Source: Promethearchaeota archaeon (lineage in GTDB: Archaea; Asgardarchaeota; Lokiarchaeia; Sigyniarchaeales; SOKP01). Taken from it: DNA of 21,640 bases. The notes below the pieces were generated by a model. It ran no database searches. It saw only the letters and a program-made list of their open reading frames with translations, and was not told the DNA's origin. The translations under genes and the position numbers were made by a program. This document shows positions 15,577 to 21,640 of this stretch, piece by piece (the first letter of the stretch is position 1; each line of letters opens with the position of its first letter). The stretch is from positions 1-21,640 of the forward strand of contig JAGXNO010000048.1 in NCBI GenBank assembly GCA_019894975.1. Direction: 5' to 3'.

Positions 15577-16542
15577 ATGATACTCGAAAAGATTGCAAAC
15601 AGCATAAGAAATAATCAATATATTATCGAAAAGAAAGAAATCAATCCGATAGTTCAATACATCGAAAAAAATTCTTTCAAGAGTACCAAAATCTTTAGAG
15701 ATATTGGGGAAGACGCTGCTGCTGTAGAAAATGACGATAAATATATTTTAATCACAACAGATAGAATAAAAACCTCATTTATCGAGAATTTCCCTCGAGG
15801 TGCTGGCTATTCATCAATTTTAGTTAGTATCGATGATATTTATGCCTGTGGAGGTATTCCACTCGCAGCAAGTATTATTATTTCCTTAAGAGATCCTAAT
15901 ATCTATGAGGATCTATTAGCAGGAATTTGTGAAGGTTCTATGAAGTTTAAAGTTCCAATAATCCGAGGACATACAAATACCCAAGGAAAATGTTACGAAC
16001 TAAGTTCTACTATGATCGGAGAAATTAATAAACAAGATTATATTTCAGCAGGTAATGCACAAGTTGAAGATAATATAATACTGGTTGTAGATTTTGATGG
16101 AAGAATTGGAAAAGCAAGTAAACTTTTTTATGACACTACAATGTTCAAAAGTTCAGAAGAAGTGCTTTGGAAAAGAAGATCCATGAATATTATAGCAACA
16201 AAACATATTGTAAACGCTTCAAAAGATATTTCTAATGGAGGTATTTTTGGAACTTTATTACAACTTATTAATTATTCAAAGGTTGGCGCGGATGTAAATA
16301 TTTCACAAATTGAAATACCTCCCACATTGATTAATCAAGGATATGATTTAGAAACTTATATTAGAATGTACTTAACAACCTCTTTCTTACTTACTGCACC
16401 AGAAAAAAATTGCACGGAAATTATAGCTATATTTCAAGAATATGGATTAAATGCTAATATTATTGGTAATATTATTAAAGATCCGAATCTTTTGAGAATA
16501 AATAATGGAAAAGAAGAATCTATTGACGTACTCCGATTTTAG
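15577..16542 (+). CDS. AIR synthase-related (PurM-like) ATP-binding protein, methanogenesis marker 2 / sll0787-like
   Basis: IGEDAA, DDIYACGGIP, VPIIRGHT and KDISNGGIFGTL are PurM-superfamily motifs. Confidence 0.8.
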   Translation: MILEKIANSIRNNQYIIEKKEINPIVQYIEKNSFKSTKIFRDIGEDAAAVENDDKYILITTDRIKTSFIENFPRGAGYSSILVSIDDIYACGGIPLAASIIISLRDPNIYEDLLAGICEGSMKFKVPIIRGHTNTQGKCYELSSTMIGEINKQDYISAGNAQVEDNIILVVDFDGRIGKASKLFYDTTMFKSSEEVLWKRRSMNIIATKHIVNASKDISNGGIFGTLLQLINYSKVGADVNISQIEIPPTLINQGYDLETYIRMYLTTSFLLTAPEKNCTEIIAIFQEYGLNANIIGNIIKDPNLLRINNGKEESIDVLRF

Positions 16543-16655
16543 CAATACAAGCGATGGCAACTAATCTTCATAAGAATAAAGCGAGATCCTTAAATCCTTT
16601 GAAAATTATTACCACGTCATAATAGAAGTAAATTACATAACTAATAAATTGAATT

Positions 16656-17147
16656 ATGATAAATTTAGAAGTAAAAATCCCAGATACTCCCGGTAGTTTA
16701 ATTGAATTGATAAAACCAATATCAAATAATGGGGGAAATGTTTATGGTATACTCCATTTTCATGACAGAAAAACAAATAATATGATCCCTGTAAATATTT
16801 CTTTCGAATTAAGCGAATCGATTCAAGAAGTAAGTTTAAAGAAAATAAAAAGTGAGTTAAAAGAAAGAAATATTCAAATAGAGAATATAGCTTATGGGAT
16901 TGAAAAAAAATTAATAACAGTTCTTCTCACTGGACATGTATTTGATACAGATGTAATGGATACTATAAAAAAATTAGCATCTAAAAATATAAGTGTGTTG
17001 GAGTTGCAAGCTAAATTTACAGAGTTAGAAGAAGTGAGTAATGTCAAGCTTAAGATCGAATTCCCTGAAGAAATGAGTAAAAATGAGCTTATTGACACTC
17101 TCAGGGAGATTTGTGATAAAAAAAATCTATTATTAATTACTAGTTAA
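16656..17147 (+). CDS. ACT-domain amino acid-binding protein (archaeal regulatory partner of homoserine dehydrogenase)
   Basis: IPDTPGSLIELIKPISNNGGNV and LTGHVFDTDVMDTI. It lies directly upstream of hom, as in many archaea. Confidence 0.88.
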   Translation: MINLEVKIPDTPGSLIELIKPISNNGGNVYGILHFHDRKTNNMIPVNISFELSESIQEVSLKKIKSELKERNIQIENIAYGIEKKLITVLLTGHVFDTDVMDTIKKLASKNISVLELQAKFTELEEVSNVKLKIEFPEEMSKNELIDTLREICDKKNLLLITS

Positions 17148-17246
17148 AAGAAATTAATTTCTTATATATAAAATGTGGAATGCTACCCTAGCGACTAAAT
17201 TATTAATTTATATTAAATATCAACTAAATAAGACCTGATTGAAAAA

Positions 17247-18260
17247 ATGAATGTTAACATTTGTCTAATCGGAAAGGGGATAGTTGGAACTAGCCTAATT
17301 CAGATTTTATTAAATAAAAAAGAGTTTTTTGAACGAAAATTTAATATTAATTTTGTAGTGAATTCAATAATAGAAATTGATGGTGCTCTTATTAATTCAC
17401 AAGGAATTGATTTAAAGGAAGTTATAGATATCAAAGAAAATTTTAGACGTTTACCCTATTGGGAGAAGGATGCAAAGTTTGAAGATATAACATCGAAACT
17501 AAATATAGCTATCTGTATAGAAACTACACCCACTAATCCGAAGACTGGGGAACCAGGGCTATCTCACATAATCCATGCCCTAGATAATAAAATAGACGCC
17601 GTTTCGTCTAATAAAGGACCGCTTTATCTTGAGTATGAAAAATTAAGAAAGTTAGCTAAATTAAATAATTGTTATTTAAAATATGAGGCAACTGTAGCAA
17701 GTTGTGTTCCCACTTTGGGAATTAAAGAAGCTTTAATTGCGAATGAAATTATCAGTATTAAAGCTATATTAAATGGCACTTCTAATTTTATTTTGAGTAG
17801 AATGACTACTGAGGGTATAAATTTCGATTTAGCTTTAAAAGAAGCACAGGAATTAGGATATGCTGAATCAGATCCTACATTGGATGTCGAAGGCTATGAC
17901 GCTGCAGGGAAGTTGGTAATTTTGGCAAATGAACTACTAGGATGGTCTAAGAAGATAACTGATGTACAAGTAGAGGGTATTTCAAAAGTTTCATCACATA
18001 CAATAGAATTAGCTAATACTGATGGTTATGTTATTAAACATTTAGCGATTGCTGAGAATAACAAACTAATCGTAACCCCTCGTTTAATTGAAAAACATTC
18101 TCCCCTAAATATTAGTGGAAACCTAAACGCTATGGAACTACAAACCAAATATGCAGGCCCAATATTGTTAATAGGAAGAGGTGCTGGAGGATTTGAGGCG
18201 GCATCTGCCATTCTAAATGATTTAATTTATATTTCAAAAAGGAGAGGATATATTACTTGA
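17247..18260 (+). CDS. hom: Homoserine dehydrogenase
   Basis: GKGIVG Rossmann motif, SNKGPL, YEATV, ILNGTSNFIL, AQELGYAESDPTLDVEGYDAAGK, GRGAGG. Confidence 0.96.
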   Translation: MNVNICLIGKGIVGTSLIQILLNKKEFFERKFNINFVVNSIIEIDGALINSQGIDLKEVIDIKENFRRLPYWEKDAKFEDITSKLNIAICIETTPTNPKTGEPGLSHIIHALDNKIDAVSSNKGPLYLEYEKLRKLAKLNNCYLKYEATVASCVPTLGIKEALIANEIISIKAILNGTSNFILSRMTTEGINFDLALKEAQELGYAESDPTLDVEGYDAAGKLVILANELLGWSKKITDVQVEGISKVSSHTIELANTDGYVIKHLAIAENNKLIVTPRLIEKHSPLNISGNLNAMELQTKYAGPILLIGRGAGGFEAASAILNDLIYISKRRGYIT

Positions 18261-18763
18261 AAAGGGATTTTAAAGCAGTCGTTTCTGTAATTGGAGCAAG
18301 TGAAATTAATAAAGAAATAGAAGAAAAAACAATTGAAATTGGAAGATTACTCGCAATTAATAACTACGCGGTGGCATGTGGAGGACTTACGGGCGTAATG
18401 GAAGCAATATGCAAAGGTGCTAAAGAAGAGGGGGGTTTTACAATAGGAATAATTCCTTATACAGAAAAAAGTATGGCAAATAAATATGTTGATGTTGTTA
18501 TCCCCTGTCCTTTCTCTCAAGCTAGAAATATTGTAGTTGTACTAGCTGGAGATATATGTTTAGCTATTAGTGGTAAAGCCGGAACATTATCTGAGATTTG
18601 TTTTGCATGGATATATAATAAACCGATTATAGCCTTATCTAGTGTTGAAGGATGGTCTTCTAATATTGCTAATCAAAGGTTAGATGATAGGAGAAGTGAT
18701 ATGATACATGGAGTAGATAATCCCTCAGAAGTAATCACCAAAATTAATGAATTGCTAAAATAA
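18257..18763 (+). CDS. LOG/TIGR00725-type nucleotide-binding protein
   Basis: CGGLTGVMEA, TIGIIP, ARN and GKAGTLSE. Its TTG start overlaps the hom TGA stop (TTGA). Confidence 0.9.
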   Translation: MKRDFKAVVSVIGASEINKEIEEKTIEIGRLLAINNYAVACGGLTGVMEAICKGAKEEGGFTIGIIPYTEKSMANKYVDVVIPCPFSQARNIVVVLAGDICLAISGKAGTLSEICFAWIYNKPIIALSSVEGWSSNIANQRLDDRRSDMIHGVDNPSEVITKINELLK

Positions 18764-18779
18764 ACATGAGTGATCTCTA

Positions 18780-20135
18780 ATGATAAAATTCCACTCAACA
18801 AATCACAGTACTCCAGATGTCAATTTTAAAACAGCTGTTCTAAAAGGACAAGCCCTAGATAAGGGTTTATATATGTTAAACCAGATTCCGAAAATAAATC
18901 AGGAAGTTATTTTTAATTTTAAGGACTTAAATTTACAGGAAATAGCGTTTCAGGTCTTAAAAATAATTTTAGATCAGCAAATCCCTGAGAAAGATCTGAA
19001 AAAGATTATAAAAAATGCTCTGAATTTCGAAATTGGATTAGAAAAAATTACACAAAATGACTACTTATGCCATTTAACTAAAGGTCCTACTTGCAGTTTT
19101 AAGGATTTTGGAGCTAGAATCTTAGCAAGACTAATGGAATATTTTCTATCAATCGATAAAAAAAACATAATTATTTTAACCGCAACATCTGGTGACACTG
19201 GGGGTGCCGTAGCCCAAGCGATGTATTCTATGTCAAGAATAAAGGTTATTATACTTTATCCAAAAAATGAAGTAAGTGATCTTCAAAGAAAACAGATGAC
19301 AACATTAGGAAAAAACGTTATCGCAATAGGAATTAATGGAAAATTTGATGACTGTCAAAAACTAGTGAAAACAGCATTTGCGGACGAAGAATTAGAGGAC
19401 TATAACCTTTCGTCAGCAAATTCTATCAATATCGGTCGTCTACTTCCGCAATCAATTTATTATTTCTGGAGTTATTCACGTATCGTTAAAACTATGGATG
19501 AAAAAGTAATATTCTCAGTCCCATCAGGTAATTTTGGAAACCTTACAGCGGGAATTATCGCATATAAAATGGGATTGCCTGTTGAAAGATTTGTTTCAGC
19601 CGTAAATGAAAATGATGAATTCCCAAAATTCTTAGAATCTGGAAGTTACCATTCAATCGTACCTTCAAGAAATTGTTTATCATCAGCTATGAATGTTGGT
19701 AACCCTAGTAATCTAGCACGTATTTTTGATTTATATGGGGGACAAATTGATGAAAATGGAATTATCATTAAAAATCCGGCTTTAAATGATCTAAGATCAA
19801 TTATTACTTCCTATTCTATATCTGACAGTTTAACTAAAGAAACAATAGTAGATTTTTATAAACAATATAATAGAATAATTGAACCCCATGGTGCAGTTGG
19901 ATGGGCAGCTCTTCAGAAGTATCATAAGAAAAATTCCCATCAAACTGGAATCAAATCAATTACTTTTGAAACTGCTGATCCTGCAAAATTTCCTAATGAA
20001 ATTATCTCCTTAATAAAAGTCGAACCAAAATTACCAAAATCGTTAGAGAACATTCAGAATAAAGAAGAAAATCCAAATCCTGTTGAAATTACTAAGTATG
20101 AAGATTTCAAATCTTTTGTCCAAAATAAGATGTAA
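18780..20135 (+). CDS. thrC: Threonine synthase, long (E. coli/yeast-like) form
   Basis: N-terminal STN...GQALDKGLY domain, PLP lysine in GPTCSFKDFG, ATSGDTG, FDDCQ, SANSINIGRL, VPSGNFGN, AMNVGNPSN. Confidence 0.96.
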   Translation: MIKFHSTNHSTPDVNFKTAVLKGQALDKGLYMLNQIPKINQEVIFNFKDLNLQEIAFQVLKIILDQQIPEKDLKKIIKNALNFEIGLEKITQNDYLCHLTKGPTCSFKDFGARILARLMEYFLSIDKKNIIILTATSGDTGGAVAQAMYSMSRIKVIILYPKNEVSDLQRKQMTTLGKNVIAIGINGKFDDCQKLVKTAFADEELEDYNLSSANSINIGRLLPQSIYYFWSYSRIVKTMDEKVIFSVPSGNFGNLTAGIIAYKMGLPVERFVSAVNENDEFPKFLESGSYHSIVPSRNCLSSAMNVGNPSNLARIFDLYGGQIDENGIIIKNPALNDLRSIITSYSISDSLTKETIVDFYKQYNRIIEPHGAVGWAALQKYHKKNSHQTGIKSITFETADPAKFPNEIISLIKVEPKLPKSLENIQNKEENPNPVEITKYEDFKSFVQNKM

Positions 20136-20228
20136 TGCGTAATTTAAATAAATGATAATATTATTTTTATCTTACAAAAGAATATATTAATTAATATCTT
20201 CCTATACGTAAAAAGGTGAAATTTAACT

Positions 20229-21203
20229 TTGGAGAAGGATCTAAAACAATCAATCTTATATCTGAAAAAAGAAGAACCTGAAGCCCAAGTGGCTGCTACC
20301 AAAATCTTATTCACGGGGCTCGACGATGCAGGCAAAACAAGTATTATCCTTGCTCTTCAGAGAGAATTTTCAAAAATCGCAGTACTCTCTCCTACTAGAG
20401 GCGCACAGAGAAGAGTCTTTGATTTTTTAGGAAAAGAAATCGCAGAATGGGATCTTGGGGGACAAATTAGTTATAGAATTTCATACTTAAAGAACCCGAG
20501 TAAGTTTTTTGATGGAACTGAGATTGCAATTTATGTTATCGATATTCAAAATAAACCAAGAATACCTGAAGCAATAAGTTATTTTAAGGATGTAGTAGTG
20601 CAATTTAACCAATTAGAAATCGAACCCCCAATCTATATATTCCTTCATAAATTAGATCCTGCTTTAAGAAGAGGTGCTGCAAATGAAATGCAAAATCTTA
20701 CAATAGACTTAAAAGAACAAGTAAAAAAGGCTACAGATTATAAAGAATTATACTTCTATGAAACTTCGATTTACGATTTTAGTACCATTATACGAGCAAT
20801 GTCTGAAATTATGCTTAGTTTATACCCAAAATCTGAATTGATAGAAAAGACCATTACCGAATTCGCAAAAAAGATTGACTCCCAAGGAGTGGTTGTAATT
20901 GATGATAATTCCCTTGTAATCGGTTCTTATTATAAAGATGATGAAACTAAACACCTACTAACGGCCTCAACTCCGTATTTTCTTACATTAAATGATAACA
21001 TTCAGTACACTGGTGTGCTGGAAAACAAATATGAAGATAAAATGATTGTTCAAAGATTTGGAAAGAACTTTATCTTTAAGCAAATTAGCTTAAAAAAGGA
21101 TTCAACACCATATTATTTACTGCTTCTCAAGGAAGATCCTGTATTTCAAAAAGAAGATTTTTTCTTCTTTGCAAATATAATGAAGGAGATTTTGTACAAG
21201 TAG
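20229..21203 (+). CDS. Rag/Gtr-like small GTPase with a C-terminal roadblock-like domain
   Basis: G1 GLDDAGKTS, G3 WDLGGQ, Rag-type G4 HKLD and G5 TSIYD, C-terminal VVVIDDNSLVIGSY. TTG start 9 nt after GGTGA (20215-20219). Confidence 0.88.
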   Translation: MEKDLKQSILYLKKEEPEAQVAATKILFTGLDDAGKTSIILALQREFSKIAVLSPTRGAQRRVFDFLGKEIAEWDLGGQISYRISYLKNPSKFFDGTEIAIYVIDIQNKPRIPEAISYFKDVVVQFNQLEIEPPIYIFLHKLDPALRRGAANEMQNLTIDLKEQVKKATDYKELYFYETSIYDFSTIIRAMSEIMLSLYPKSELIEKTITEFAKKIDSQGVVVIDDNSLVIGSYYKDDETKHLLTASTPYFLTLNDNIQYTGVLENKYEDKMIVQRFGKNFIFKQISLKKDSTPYYLLLLKEDPVFQKEDFFFFANIMKEILYK

Positions 21204-21386
21204 AAGTAAAAAATTATGTTGTATAATATTTGTCTAATTTATCGTAGCTAAAATTAATAAAATCAAATTTTTACTAATAAATTATACAACAAAAAACTAA
21301 AAATCAAGACTTTCTTATATTTCTATAAGGATTATTGGCTATAACAGTTTTTTAAGATTTTAAATTCATGGAGGAGAGATAATACA

Positions 21387-21640
21387 ATTATCATTTGTCA
21401 AAATTGTGGTACAACAAATAACGAAAAAGTAAATCGCACTTGTAGAACATGTGGTGCTTTACTTCCAATCTCTTCAAAATCAAAAAAAACTCGGAAACCA
21501 AGAATTGTTGTAGAACAACAAGACAATACAAAATCCTCTAATCAAAAGGTTGAATTACAAGAAATTCCAAAAGAACCGAAGTTAACTCTCAATGAAATTC
21601 CGGTAGAGACCAACCAAACTGTTGAGAATGAATCTCTTAT
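21387..21640 (+). CDS. Zinc-ribbon protein, partial (runs off the window), probable ATT start
   Basis: (M)IICQNCGTTNNEKVNRTCRTCGALLP followed by a low-complexity linker. The frame has no ATG, GTG or TTG after the TAA at 21342. GGAGGAGA at 21370-21377. Confidence 0.75.
   Translation, partial: MIICQNCGTTNNEKVNRTCRTCGALLPISSKSKKTRKPRIVVEQQDNTKSSNQKVELQEIPKEPKLTLNEIPVETNQTVENESL

Noticed and set aside
15577-16542. Selenophosphate synthetase (SelD) or ThiL call
   Set aside because: It lacks the N-terminal Cys/Sec-x-x-Lys motif of SelD, and its motifs fit the marker-2/sll0787 branch better, so no gene symbol was given.
11483-20335. ORF-track entries 11483..11785, 13156..13527, 14364..14573, 16892..17098, 18026..18211, 20144..20335
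   Set aside because: They are shadow ORFs antisense to real genes or span AT-rich intergenic DNA and terminator tracts.

Overview
AT-rich archaeal DNA whose gene content points to an Asgard archaeon of the Lokiarchaeia (Promethearchaeota) type: four small GTPases fused to longin and/or roadblock domains, UPF0147, TBP, a stand-alone MtrH, an archaeosortase and GGTGA ribosome-binding sites. This taxonomy is inferred from the genes, not from a search. The left arm (minus strand) carries TBP, a YkgJ Cys-cluster protein, a macro domain protein, an enlarged PEP synthase, UPF0147, a 7-TM protein, two tandem longin/uDENN-Rab-like GTPase fusions and a nitroreductase whose 3' end is replaced by foreign sequence. 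The middle holds an archaeosortase locus, a basic repeat protein and mtrH. The right arm is a homoserine/threonine cluster (PurM-like protein, ACT protein, hom, LOG family, thrC) bracketed by two Rag-like GTPase-roadblock genes, followed by a partial zinc-ribbon gene. The best candidate for an undescribed system is as follows. The longin domains of both Rab-like fusions carry a D-x-x-x-R-G loop matching the arginine-finger loop of the eukaryotic longin GAPs FLCN and SMCR8, while the homologous longin on one Rag-like protein lacks the arginine. This suggests a GATOR1/FLCN-FNIP-like active/inactive longin GAP module physically fused to its GTPases and located next to amino-acid biosynthesis genes. 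No rRNA, tRNA, CRISPR array or transposase was seen. All family assignments come from motif recognition by eye.
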